Shown here in pieces: positions 19,899-28,742 of a stretch of DNA of 64,000 nt; within the stretch, counting starts at the first letter, position 1; every line of letters begins with the position of its first letter. A program made the position numbers and the translations under genes. The notes beneath the pieces are model-generated. The model was not told the origin of the DNA. It made no database searches and saw only the letters and a list, made by a program, of their open reading frames with translations. This stretch comes from a virus (taxonomy: Duplodnaviria; Caudoviricetes): IMG/VR virus record IMGVR_UViG_3300050491_000011; one strand, given 5' to 3'.

Positions 19899-20654
19899 AT
19901 GAATCTGGTAATCGAAGATGTAGTGTACAGTCACTTCAGACTGAAGCTTAATAAGTCGATCGACCTGGCTAAAATGTGGTCCTTCATTGTAAGTAATAAC
20001 CCAGGTCGTGAGAACACCTACCATAATACTCAACACATGAAACACATGGCAGCTATCGCCTGCTACCTGTTCGAGAACAGCGACGCGTACAAGGTGATGT
20101 CTCCGGCTGAACAGCACCTACAAACCAACCTGCTGTTGATTGCTTGCTGCTGGCATGATTACGGTCATAGTGCCGGTAAGACAACTGATGTCGAGAACAT
20201 CCGCGTGGCTAGCGATGCTTTCATGGAATGGTTCGAAACGAACTGGGTGTCGATGGTTCCTTACCTGATCGGAAAGAAAGTTACTGAAGGTAAGTCTGAA
20301 GACGAGCGTGAAGCAGCCAATCTGGCTATGATCGTACTCGACATCATTAAGGTCACTGAGTTCCCATTCGTTCATCGACCACACGGAACCCTTCAGATGT
20401 GTGCCCGTGATGCCGACCTTCTGTATACGTTCGATACCGATACCGGCAAGATCGTACACGGTCTGTACATGGAGCTGAAAAGCTCTGGCAAGTTCCCACA
20501 AGGCTTCTCGTTCATGAACTTCATGAATCGTCAGGCAGACTTCCTCGATAGTTGTGAACACTTCACACCGCTGGGTAAACAGATCCACGAAACCATGAAG
20601 GCCGATGTATTGGCCCGTCAGTTCGAGTGGGCTGAATCCCAAGGCTTCGCGTAA
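19899..20654 (+). CDS. HD-superfamily phosphohydrolase
   Basis: YHNTQH, WHDYGH and DADL metal-binding motifs. Confidence 0.85.
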   Translation: MNLVIEDVVYSHFRLKLNKSIDLAKMWSFIVSNNPGRENTYHNTQHMKHMAAIACYLFENSDAYKVMSPAEQHLQTNLLLIACCWHDYGHSAGKTTDVENIRVASDAFMEWFETNWVSMVPYLIGKKVTEGKSEDEREAANLAMIVLDIIKVTEFPFVHRPHGTLQMCARDADLLYTFDTDTGKIVHGLYMELKSSGKFPQGFSFMNFMNRQADFLDSCEHFTPLGKQIHETMKADVLARQFEWAESQGFA

Positions 20655-20715
20655 TAAGAAACCAACAATGGAGAGGGTATATCCCTCTCCCACTTATGCC
20701 CCTAGGAGTATCATC

Positions 20716-20991
20716 ATGTCCGTTAAACTTACCGAAGTATCTTTCTCTGTTTCTGTCGGCGCTGAAGGTCACGTTAACGTGACTCAAACCGTCATGACCC
20801 TCGTTCCTAGCCTGACGGCTGAACAGATCCACATCGACAAGCGTGTCTATGAAGACAATGACTCGATCGTCTACGATGATGACGAAGGCGACAAGAAGCC
20901 TAACGAGAATGGCGACATCATTCTCGAATACAAGAAGTACGGTAATGAGCAAGCCCACCCCATCCACATCACCGCAATCATCACTCACTGA
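20716..20991 (+). CDS. hypothetical acidic protein
   Basis: AGGAG RBS before ATG 20716 (track start 20605). Confidence 0.75.
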   Translation: MSVKLTEVSFSVSVGAEGHVNVTQTVMTLVPSLTAEQIHIDKRVYEDNDSIVYDDDEGDKKPNENGDIILEYKKYGNEQAHPIHITAIITH

Positions 20992-21004
20992 TAAGGAAAT
21001 CGCC

Positions 21005-21397
21005 ATGCCTGAAGTTCAAGAATACCCAAAGACTCAAGTACTGGTAAATCAACGTCTGGTACTGCCGGATGCATTCACCAACCCTGACGTCCACCTGTAC
21101 CTGCCAACCGATGCCATCGGCAACATGACCTGCCCGCTCAAGGCCGTTCGTATCGAGTGCTGGAAGCGTTCCACCGGTGAGCAGAAGCGCAGTGTACTGG
21201 CAGACATCTTCAGCAGCAATCGCTCCGGCCTGGCGTTCAGTCTGTTGAAGCATCAGTCAGAGCTCGAATTCGGCATGCTGACCATGAGCGTGGCCTTCGG
21301 TAGCCTGAAGGTTCTGAACGACTGGCTGCACACGCTGGAGCGCTTCCCAGCAGGTGACCTGAACCGCTTTGACGCCTACTACACTCCAGGCAAGTAA
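21005..21397 (+). CDS. hypothetical protein
   Basis: AAGGA RBS before ATG 21005 (track start 20843). Confidence 0.75.
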   Translation: MPEVQEYPKTQVLVNQRLVLPDAFTNPDVHLYLPTDAIGNMTCPLKAVRIECWKRSTGEQKRSVLADIFSSNRSGLAFSLLKHQSELEFGMLTMSVAFGSLKVLNDWLHTLERFPAGDLNRFDAYYTPGK

Positions 21398-21438
21398 CTA
21401 ACACGGGGGACTGATACTCCCCCGACTTTATTAAGGAA

Positions 21439-22512
21439 ATGATCGTGTCGAATAAACGCCCTCTCGTTTTATTTTCTGGTGGTTTGGATTCAACCTTCAA
21501 CATGCTTCGCCACACACTCGAAGGTGAGTCAGTTGATTACGTTTATATTGACGGTGGTCAAGGTAAGAATAAGGTCAATTCAGAGGAAGCGACTATCGAC
21601 CGTATTCTTACTGCCTTGCATGAACATGCTCGACGTAAGGAAAAGAGTGTCCATCATCGGTTCAGCACGCATCCTCTGTCGAAGGTTAACTTCTGCAATA
21701 CTCCTAGCGCCGGATGGCGTCAACCTATTCCTTGGCTGGTATCGGCTCTAGAGGTCGTAGATCCGGAGAAGCACTCGGTAGTTGAAGTGTCCTACGTTCA
21801 GGGCGATGAGATCATCAGTCGTATTCCTGAGCTTAAAGCTGCGTGGGCTGCAATGTGGTCAGTCACCAAGATCGGCGAACTCGTCCCACTGGAGTTCCCA
21901 CTCAAGGACATCAGTAAGCAAGCCATCCTCTGTCAGATGCCCGAAGAGATTTACAAGCTGACGTGGGTGTGTGAATTACCGATCATGCAGACGTTCGCTT
22001 GGCCAAAGAGCTGCATCGAATACGGCCGTAGCCATAACGCTCGCTGCCGTGCGTGTGAAACTCGTCTCGTTGAGCTGTATCGTTTCGAACTCCGTAACGG
22101 TAAAACTCTCGAGCAGTATCACATCGAATGCGCTGAGAAGATTGCTCGTGAAGAGCAGGGAGAGAAAGACCGTCTGCGTCGTCGACAGGAACGTATCGCT
22201 GAAGACATGGCCGATGGTTACAAGTCCGCCCTACCTCAGGATGGCGCGGTAGAGACCTTCACTCAAGACTTCTCGTTACTCGAGAAGGAAACATCGCCTA
22301 CGTTCGATCGTTTACCTAATCGCGGTGACTGGAAAGAACCAACTGTTCTGGCGGTTACTAATGCCGACGGTGAGCCGGGTGGATTCTACGTTACTGATGC
22401 AACCACGATGGACCAATTGATGGCGTACGCACACACGTCTGACTTTGAACTGATCAATGCGTGTGAAGAAATAGCAGACGCAATCAAAGACGAGAAAGCA
22501 TCAGCGGCTTAA
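21439..22512 (+). CDS. QueC-like PP-loop ATP pyrophosphatase
   Basis: LVLFSGGLDS PP-loop; C-terminal Cys cluster WVCE..C..CRAC. Confidence 0.75.
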   Translation: MIVSNKRPLVLFSGGLDSTFNMLRHTLEGESVDYVYIDGGQGKNKVNSEEATIDRILTALHEHARRKEKSVHHRFSTHPLSKVNFCNTPSAGWRQPIPWLVSALEVVDPEKHSVVEVSYVQGDEIISRIPELKAAWAAMWSVTKIGELVPLEFPLKDISKQAILCQMPEEIYKLTWVCELPIMQTFAWPKSCIEYGRSHNARCRACETRLVELYRFELRNGKTLEQYHIECAEKIAREEQGEKDRLRRRQERIAEDMADGYKSALPQDGAVETFTQDFSLLEKETSPTFDRLPNRGDWKEPTVLAVTNADGEPGGFYVTDATTMDQLMAYAHTSDFELINACEEIADAIKDEKASAA

Positions 22513-22515
22513 CGA

Positions 22516-22546
22516 CATAATGGCCGGGGATCTTCCCCGGCCTGTG
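22516..22546 (+). terminator. CATA-GGCCGGGG/CCCCGGCC hairpin
   Basis: after QueC-like gene. Confidence 0.65.
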
Positions 22547-22609
22547 TTTGTATCTTGTTACATTTGGGACACTAAGTATGTCCACATATTCCCTTTTAGG
22601 TCGTTCATT

Positions 22610-23434
22610 ATGTCCGTATTTTCTGATGGCGAGCTGATGGCTCGCAGCATTAAACCCGTGTACTTCAAGATCTGCCCAGACGCAGCTCCAGTACCTGTAA
22701 TTCCCGGTGTCACTCACAACAGCGCCGAGATGCTCCAGTTGTTGAATCTCAAGGACATCTATCCCGAGATGGTCGTCGAAGCAACTGACGAGATGCTCGA
22801 GGAGATGAAATGGAAGCCTCTCATCACGCCGTTCGTAGCTGACTCTGTCAAGTACATGTCGACAACGGCACCAAAGGAAACAGCCAAGCCTCAGGGTAGC
22901 AACTACGAAATGCCAGGTGGCTACATCGCATGGGACCAACGTATCCCAAGCTACGGCGTTTCCAGCTACGGTTACGATATCCGTCTGGCTGAGAAAGACA
23001 TCAAGATCTTCAGTAACATCAATTCGCCGATCATTGATCCGATGGATGTGTCTGAAGATTGCTACGTGCAAGCTGAGATCCGCACCTGCCCGAAGACTGG
23101 TCTGCGCTACTACATGCAGCCGCCTAACAGTCTGGCACTTGCTCACACTGCTGAGATCTTCAACATCAGCCGTGACATGCTGGTCGGTTGCTTCGGTAAG
23201 TCCACCTACGCTCGTGTAGGTCTGGTTCCAATGATCACCATCCTCGAACCCGAGTGGTCTGGTCAATTGGTTCTGGAACTGGCTAACCAAACCAACTCCC
23301 CGGTCAAGGTCTACATCGACTGCGGTATTGCTCAGCTCGTGTTCTGGAAAGCCTCTGAAGTCTGCCGCGTAAGCTACGCAGATCGTGGTGGTAAGTACAT
23401 GCACCAGCGTGGCACTGTTGGCGCTATCATTTAA
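22610..23434 (+). CDS. dcd: dCTP deaminase
   Basis: SYGVSSYGYDIRL, GKSTYARVG, EPEWSGQLVLELAN, GIAQLVF, YADRGGKYMHQ; likely ATG 22610. Confidence 0.95.
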   Translation: MSVFSDGELMARSIKPVYFKICPDAAPVPVIPGVTHNSAEMLQLLNLKDIYPEMVVEATDEMLEEMKWKPLITPFVADSVKYMSTTAPKETAKPQGSNYEMPGGYIAWDQRIPSYGVSSYGYDIRLAEKDIKIFSNINSPIIDPMDVSEDCYVQAEIRTCPKTGLRYYMQPPNSLALAHTAEIFNISRDMLVGCFGKSTYARVGLVPMITILEPEWSGQLVLELANQTNSPVKVYIDCGIAQLVFWKASEVCRVSYADRGGKYMHQRGTVGAII

Positions 23435-23443
23435 GGAGGCAAT

Positions 23444-23647
23444 ATGCAAGTTGTCATTCGCCTTCTTATTTTGTTCGTCGTGACAGTCCTGACTTACGCC
23501 GGCGGTGCATTCGTCGCAGCAGGTTGGAACATCGCTGAGTGGAACACTACGGCTAAGGGTGTGTTGGTACTCATCTGGTCTCTCAAGATGCTAGGTATCA
23601 TCATCTACTTTATCAGCGTTGATCGTCGGGATTGTCGCTGCCGATGA
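23444..23647 (+). CDS. two-TM membrane protein
   Basis: AGGAGG RBS. Confidence 0.75.
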   Translation: MQVVIRLLILFVVTVLTYAGGAFVAAGWNIAEWNTTAKGVLVLIWSLKMLGIIIYFISVDRRDCRCR

Positions 23648-23664
23648 GCATAAGGAAATGGGGT

Positions 23665-24300
23665 ATGGAACTTCAACGAATCGGTCTCAGAATCAGAAGT
23701 CTCCTTAAGCTCACACCACCACCCATTGAAGAGCCAATCGCAGAAGAACCGGTGGTGATCCGTCGCCCGCCTATTCTCCTGCGATTGGAGGATTGTGAGC
23801 GCGATCTGGAAACCATTCCTCAGTTCTTGGGGTATGGTTGGGCGTTTGGTAGTGATCATTACCTGACGACTGCGATCCATGATTCAGTACATGGTGCCAG
23901 CGCTAATGACCATCCGTTCAATGTTAGGACGGCGTCGTTTGAGATTGAGACCCTATCAGAGCTGCATGATAGCTTGACCATAACCGTCAAGGCGTCTCAG
24001 ATCGTCAGCAGCGAACATTACGTGTTCGACGGTCCTCTATTCGCGGCCATGTTCTTACCGAGCGGATACTCGATCTACGGTGAGTCCACGCTCAACGAGT
24101 TAGTGGGTGGTCCTTCGGTAGTTTACCTGAGGCTCATCCAGAAGATCGCCATGAAGCTCAGCTGTAGGATCAACACAATCGAGACGGCAAGAGATGGGGC
24201 TACCTTGATCATCTTTACGCCGTGGGACACCAGCAAGACATTCTTTGATCTCATCGACAAGGTAGACGATAGAACTACCGCACGCGATGCTGATAGCTAA
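23665..24300 (+). CDS. hypothetical protein
   Basis: AAGGA RBS before ATG 23665 (track start 23632). Confidence 0.7.
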   Translation: MELQRIGLRIRSLLKLTPPPIEEPIAEEPVVIRRPPILLRLEDCERDLETIPQFLGYGWAFGSDHYLTTAIHDSVHGASANDHPFNVRTASFEIETLSELHDSLTITVKASQIVSSEHYVFDGPLFAAMFLPSGYSIYGESTLNELVGGPSVVYLRLIQKIAMKLSCRINTIETARDGATLIIFTPWDTSKTFFDLIDKVDDRTTARDADS

Positions 24301-24349
24301 ATAAAGGCGAGTCCAACAATCGCCACTTGTCGTAATTAGGAGTATCACG

Positions 24350-25027
24350 ATGAATAAGAAGCCAGCCGCTAAAAGCAAGAATCTGTCTCTGGGGATTCCC
24401 GCTGTTTCCAATGGGGATGGGACGGACATTGCAAGCATTAACGCGACGGTGTTTCACATCCTGCGCAAGAAGAAGACCGCTGACGTTAGCACCTACGGGC
24501 TGCCTACCGTTAACGACGATGTCTTCAGCCGCAAGATTCGTCTGGTCAAGCTTCCAAAGAAAGATGCCCTCGGTCCAATCGAAGACATCCCGGATCTGGA
24601 AGATGTGCATCACACTGACCTGCCGTGGATTGGTCAAGCCACCTTCGGTACGGCCAGTCGCCAATTCCGCTCCAAGAACATCCTGGCATGCGCTGTGGAA
24701 GTCGTTCGTGAGATCGACGGCTATCTGTACCGCTTGACTGTAGCGATCGACGAGCCGAGCAATGAGCCGCTTGCACCGACGCTGGTTTACCTGAACCGCG
24801 CTACACCGCTGGATCGTGAACACACCCTCGTGGTGAATCGCGAGGTCACAGAGGCTGAGCGTGAGTTCTACATGAAGGACGCACCGCCTGTTCCATTGTC
24901 GCTGCTGAATAAGCTGTCGGCTCTGGGCTACGGTTGCACGGGCACAACCTTCCAGCTCCTCAACGACGCTCGTATGGGTACATCCATCCGTTGCGAACTG
25001 TACGGGAAAATCCTATTGGCGTCTTAA
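24350..25027 (+). CDS. hypothetical protein
   Basis: AGGAG RBS, 225 aa. Confidence 0.8.
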   Translation: MNKKPAAKSKNLSLGIPAVSNGDGTDIASINATVFHILRKKKTADVSTYGLPTVNDDVFSRKIRLVKLPKKDALGPIEDIPDLEDVHHTDLPWIGQATFGTASRQFRSKNILACAVEVVREIDGYLYRLTVAIDEPSNEPLAPTLVYLNRATPLDREHTLVVNREVTEAEREFYMKDAPPVPLSLLNKLSALGYGCTGTTFQLLNDARMGTSIRCELYGKILLAS

Positions 25028-25036
25028 GGAGGTAAC

Positions 25037-25540
25037 ATGTTCGGTATAGACATCAAGGGAGTGTTGAAGACTTACATGCCGCTGATCGTGGGCTTGATCT
25101 GTCTCGCTATCTTCCTGATGATTCGTTCAGCGTTTGTGGGGTACGTTGATAATGCAAAGGCACTCACTGAAGCTAAGGCTGCAACGGCGAATGTACTTGC
25201 AGTCAACGCAGGCCTTAATTCTGAGATCACGCGGCTTACGCAAGATGTCAAAGATCGCGCTGATACGAATCAGAACATTAACAAAGACCAAGTGGTCTTA
25301 GGGAAAAGTATTGATGAACTCAAATACGAACTCGACCTCGGAATCGCCGCTCGAGACGAAGCCGCAGTCAAGTATGAGTCGCAGTGCAAAGCCCCGGTTT
25401 CTACTACGGTTCCACGACCAAGGCCGATTGCAAATGGCGGGCTACATCAAGACGTGGAAGAGGTAGGGCTGACAATAGCATGGAAGGCTTACTGCAAAGT
25501 AACGCCTGATGCTACCCAGTGTCTGGAGAAAGATAAATGA
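25037..25540 (+). CDS. i-spanin (Rz-like)
   Basis: N-terminal TM, Ala-rich coiled coil, 2 Cys; overlaps a lipoprotein gene. Confidence 0.75.
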   Translation: MFGIDIKGVLKTYMPLIVGLICLAIFLMIRSAFVGYVDNAKALTEAKAATANVLAVNAGLNSEITRLTQDVKDRADTNQNINKDQVVLGKSIDELKYELDLGIAARDEAAVKYESQCKAPVSTTVPRPRPIANGGLHQDVEEVGLTIAWKAYCKVTPDATQCLEKDK

Positions 25541-25860
25541 TTCGATCACTCATCCTACTCATCGCAGCGCTTGTATTGACAGGCTGCGGACATCAACAGA
25601 TTGTGGAGAAGACAGTCACCAAATACGTTGCACTGGATGAAAGATGGTTTGCGCCATGTCCAATGGTAGAACCACCGAAGGTGTCTGTATACAACGCCAC
25701 TACACCGGCGGGAAAGTCAGACATGTGGGCTCGTAAGTATCTCGATCAAGCAGGCGTCAATGGCGACTGTAACATCAGACTCTATCAAGCCCTCCAGTAC
25801 CAACGCAAGAAAGCTGCCGAAACTACGACAGTGACATGTGTGGATGGGGTTTGCGAATAA
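25537..25860 (+). CDS. o-spanin (Rz1-like lipoprotein)
   Basis: lipobox LTGC, Pro-rich, further Cys; 4-nt overlap with i-spanin. Confidence 0.8.
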   Translation: MIRSLILLIAALVLTGCGHQQIVEKTVTKYVALDERWFAPCPMVEPPKVSVYNATTPAGKSDMWARKYLDQAGVNGDCNIRLYQALQYQRKKAAETTTVTCVDGVCE

Positions 25861-25892
25861 CATACAGGCCGGGGTTGATCCCCGGCCTTATG
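25861..25892 (+). terminator. CATA-AGGCCGGGG/CCCCGGCCT-TATG hairpin
   Basis: after spanins. Confidence 0.7.
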
Positions 25893-25911
25893 TCTGTTAA
25901 TCTCATTAAAC

Positions 25912-25930
25912 TTTTTTATGGTCATACATT
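25912..25930 (+). promoter_or_regulatory. putative early promoter (GGTCATACATT)
   Basis: recurrent motif. Confidence 0.5.
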
Positions 25931-25971
25931 GTCGTCGTGTAATAAACATAACGAAAGCAAAGGAGGTCGAC

Positions 25972-26190
25972 GTGATTACTGATAATTCAAATGGAGTTAG
26001 TCGCGGCGAAATGCTTAATAGGCACTCCCACGCTACCGTCATGTTTAAACGCGCCATGCGTTTGCACGGTGTTAACTCTACCGAAGCAAAACACTGGGAT
26101 GGACTCTTGAATGAACTGGAGAAGATTCTCCACTCTAAAGGAATCATCCGCATTGACCACAAAAGCTTTTTGATCACAGAGGATAACTAA
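25972..26190 (+). CDS. hypothetical protein, paralog of 26711-26893
   Basis: AGGAGG RBS + GTG; FKRAMRLHGVNSTEAKHW. Confidence 0.75.
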   Translation: MITDNSNGVSRGEMLNRHSHATVMFKRAMRLHGVNSTEAKHWDGLLNELEKILHSKGIIRIDHKSFLITEDN

Positions 26191-26264
26191 ACAGTTGTCT
26201 TCTGCTACAGAACTGCTACAATGGACTCGTTCCAAAGTAGTAGTGCAACACCCGTGTAACTAAC

Positions 26265-26277
26265 GACCGTGGAGGTC
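26265..26277 (+). promoter_or_regulatory. SD hairpin GACC-GTGGA-GGTC
   Basis: 4-bp stem, ATG 26281. Confidence 0.8.
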
Positions 26278-26280
26278 AAG

Positions 26281-26574
26281 ATGTCGTATGGAGACAAGTT
26301 CAGCTACGACGAAGATTTCGTCGCTCTTTCATCAGATCTAGGTCTGGCGGTACAGGAGCTACGAGATAAGCGTAACGAACTGAACGAGAGCTACAGGTTG
26401 TTAGGAGCGGAGCGCATGACGATGCGCTTGCAAGGCTTAAGGACGGATGAGATTGATATTAAGATCTCGGAAGTATTGGGGGCAATCCGTGAGATTGGAG
26501 CTAAGATTGATTCCACTCAGTCCGCCCACTTAAGTTACTTGCGAAACTGTCAGGTTGGTTATACTGACAGGTAG
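26281..26574 (+). CDS. coiled-coil hypothetical protein
   Basis: SD hairpin then ATG 26281. Confidence 0.75.
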   Translation: MSYGDKFSYDEDFVALSSDLGLAVQELRDKRNELNESYRLLGAERMTMRLQGLRTDEIDIKISEVLGAIREIGAKIDSTQSAHLSYLRNCQVGYTDR

Positions 26575-26580
26575 CTGTAG

Positions 26581-26611
26581 GAGACGGGGGTAACACCCCG
26601 TCTTTTTTTTT
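26581..26611 (+). terminator. intrinsic terminator
   Basis: AGACGGGG/CCCCGTCT + T run. Confidence 0.85.
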
Positions 26612-26630
26612 GTCTGAATAATCGTAATGA

Positions 26631-26650
26631 AAAAAGTTATGGTCACACAT
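26631..26650 (+). promoter_or_regulatory. putative early promoter (GGTCACACAT)
   Basis: recurrent motif. Confidence 0.55.
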
Positions 26651-26710
26651 AGTCAGATTAGTGTTCCGCAACATTTAGTGGAACTAATCGACTATTAAAG
26701 GACTATAGCC

Positions 26711-26893
26711 ATGCTTACATTTCTGAGCAACCTGTTTGACAGCAATACCGAAACCCGCGATAAAGCTCGCAACGATCTACGTATCGCAAAGAACTGCTTT
26801 GAACGAGCAATGCGCAATCACGGCATTAACTCAAAAGAAGCAAACCACTGGGCAGCGAAAGCTGACGAAGCTGAGAAAGCCCTGGGTCTGTAA
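26711..26893 (+). CDS. hypothetical protein, paralog of 25972-26190
   Basis: AAGGA RBS; FERAMRNHGINSKEANHW. Confidence 0.75.
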   Translation: MLTFLSNLFDSNTETRDKARNDLRIAKNCFERAMRNHGINSKEANHWAAKADEAEKALGL

Positions 26894-26912
26894 CCCAGAA
26901 GGATGCAACAAG

Positions 26913-27083
26913 ATGAACTTTAAACTCATCGTTACGACAGTCTCATTAACTGCCGCTGGAATAGCGGCTTCTTATGCTGCGTACCGAATAGTGAAGAAGT
27001 CCCGTGAGGAAGGTACTCCAGTCCTCACGGTTATTGTGCAAGCCTACAACACCACCGTTGATGAAATCCGCAACAAGATCTAA
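26913..27083 (+). CDS. small membrane-anchored protein
   Basis: AAGGA RBS before ATG 26913; hydrophobic helix then YRIVKK. Confidence 0.65.
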   Translation: MNFKLIVTTVSLTAAGIAASYAAYRIVKKSREEGTPVLTVIVQAYNTTVDEIRNKI

Positions 27084-27093
27084 ATACCCTAAC

Positions 27094-27106
27094 GACCGAG
27101 GAGGTC
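27094..27106 (+). promoter_or_regulatory. SD hairpin GACC-GAGGA-GGTC
   Basis: ATG 27110. Confidence 0.8.
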
Positions 27107-27109
27107 AAC

Positions 27110-27364
27110 ATGAACACTGCATTCCACGAACAAGCAATCATCAAACTGAACAGCCGCTACATGGCTCTGCGTGATCGACTGAAGCTGATGGCTATCCAGC
27201 CTTGCGCTTGGCCAGTTGCTCAAGACCCGCTGTTCCAACGCTTCACTGATTTGATGCTGGATACTGATCCTACTCCTGACAACATCGAGCAGATCACTTC
27301 CGGCATCAATAAACTGATTCTGGTTATCGACGACGAAGTCGATGTCCTTGCTCTAGCTGATTAA
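27110..27364 (+). CDS. hypothetical protein
   Basis: SD hairpin upstream. Confidence 0.75.
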   Translation: MNTAFHEQAIIKLNSRYMALRDRLKLMAIQPCAWPVAQDPLFQRFTDLMLDTDPTPDNIEQITSGINKLILVIDDEVDVLALAD

Positions 27365-27411
27365 CTTAAACCCCCGGCGGGAATGTTCCCGCCAACCCCT
27401 TTCTTATAAAC

Positions 27412-27424
27412 GTCCGTGGAGGAC
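27412..27424 (+). promoter_or_regulatory. SD hairpin GTCC-GTGGA-GGAC (compensatory variant)
   Basis: ATG 27429. Confidence 0.8.
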
Positions 27425-27428
27425 TAGC

Positions 27429-27962
27429 ATGAAAAACCGTAACTTTATTACTAAGACCCCAATCAACACCAAGCGTCTGGTAACTGTTCTTGATGACACC
27501 TTCGGGATGGTCGGCTACAGTGTCGAGCGCAACATCGGCGATGCATTCGTGTACATCAAGGAACACGATTACTTCGTCCGCTTCAACTTCTTCACCGCTG
27601 ACTACAAGGACTACGCCACAGCGGCGCAGTACTTGGAGCTTCCCGTAATTACTAACTATCTGTACAACGATTATGTACAGCGGTTGGAATACGAGCAAGC
27701 AGTCAGCAATGCGCTCAGAGGTGCCATCAGCGAAGTCCAAATGGATCAGCTGCGTGTGTGTCTCGATAAGCTCGATAAGAACTTCGCTGGCGCTGACTTC
27801 GACGACTACGATCAAGTAGTCGAAAGCATCTACGCTATCAAGCGTCTGGCTGTAGTTGACTCAGTCGTTGGTGTGGGCGAAGCCTTCATCGATGATCGCA
27901 GCACTTACAACCCGGCTGTTCACTATTCGCTGAAAGTGATCCTGAGCTCCCGCCACTACTAA
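27429..27962 (+). CDS. hypothetical protein
   Basis: SD hairpin upstream. Confidence 0.8.
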   Translation: MKNRNFITKTPINTKRLVTVLDDTFGMVGYSVERNIGDAFVYIKEHDYFVRFNFFTADYKDYATAAQYLELPVITNYLYNDYVQRLEYEQAVSNALRGAISEVQMDQLRVCLDKLDKNFAGADFDDYDQVVESIYAIKRLAVVDSVVGVGEAFIDDRSTYNPAVHYSLKVILSSRHY

Positions 27963-27970
27963 CCCGCAGC

Positions 27971-28002
27971 AAGAGAGCAGCTAACCCTGCTCTCTTTTTT
28001 TT
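27971..28002 (+). terminator. intrinsic terminator
   Basis: AGAGAGCAG/CTGCTCTCT + T run. Confidence 0.85.
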
Positions 28003-28025
28003 TACCCTAAAAAAGGAATACCCCG

Positions 28026-28682
28026 ATGTTCGAACAAACCGAATCGCGTCAACTGACTGAAGCTCAGAAGAAAGACATTCAGAAGAAGTACGAGCAAGGT
28101 CTGAATCAGGACAAGGTCAAGAGCGCCCTGCACTCTGTCGACATGTCTCTGGGCATCTTCGGCGGCGGTAGCAAGATCTCCCTGATGGAGCGTCCAATCA
28201 GCCGTTTCGTCTTCCACGCAATCTTCTCCAGCCCGAAGGTCGAATCGTTCTTCCGTCGCTGCCACGAAGCCGATACTTTCATCACGGCCGAAGAGTTCGC
28301 CGAGTTCGAAAAGATCTGCCAAGAGATCACCGTCAAGATCTCCAAGACCTCCATCGAACAGATCTTCCTGTCGGCCGCCAAGCTGCCGCACACCAATGTT
28401 GATCTGTGGGTGATCGAAGCTGACTGGCGTGACCTGACTGCCCGCATCACCTGGACTCCAGAAATGGAAGAAGCGATCGAGCAGCAAATGGGCGGTATCT
28501 TCAACCACCTCGAGCGTCTGCGCGTACTCACCAGCCGTGACGTTCAGTACTCGACTCTGGCCGACGTACTGACCGGTGAAGCTGCCTCTGAAGCTCGTGG
28601 TAACGAAGCGCTGATGGAAGCATCCTGCGCCCTGCTGCGTCAGTACATGCTCTCCATGCCGATGCAACAACATATCGGCTAA
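28026..28682 (+). CDS. hypothetical protein
   Basis: AAGGA RBS, flanked by terminators. Confidence 0.8.
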   Translation: MFEQTESRQLTEAQKKDIQKKYEQGLNQDKVKSALHSVDMSLGIFGGGSKISLMERPISRFVFHAIFSSPKVESFFRRCHEADTFITAEEFAEFEKICQEITVKISKTSIEQIFLSAAKLPHTNVDLWVIEADWRDLTARITWTPEMEEAIEQQMGGIFNHLERLRVLTSRDVQYSTLADVLTGEAASEARGNEALMEASCALLRQYMLSMPMQQHIG

Positions 28683-28688
28683 ACGACT

Positions 28689-28727
28689 GGCGCTCCTTCG
28701 GGGGCGCCGCTCCACTTTCTTTTTTTT
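28689..28727 (+). terminator. intrinsic terminator with displaced T run
   Basis: GGCGCTCC-TTCG-GGGGCGCC, spacer, T8. Confidence 0.75.
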
Positions 28728-28742
28728 ATCTGGAGATTGGAT

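Noticed and set aside
26191-26264. CTGCTACA direct repeat and weak stems upstream of 26281
   Set aside because: Only two short copies and marginal stems; cannot distinguish from chance.
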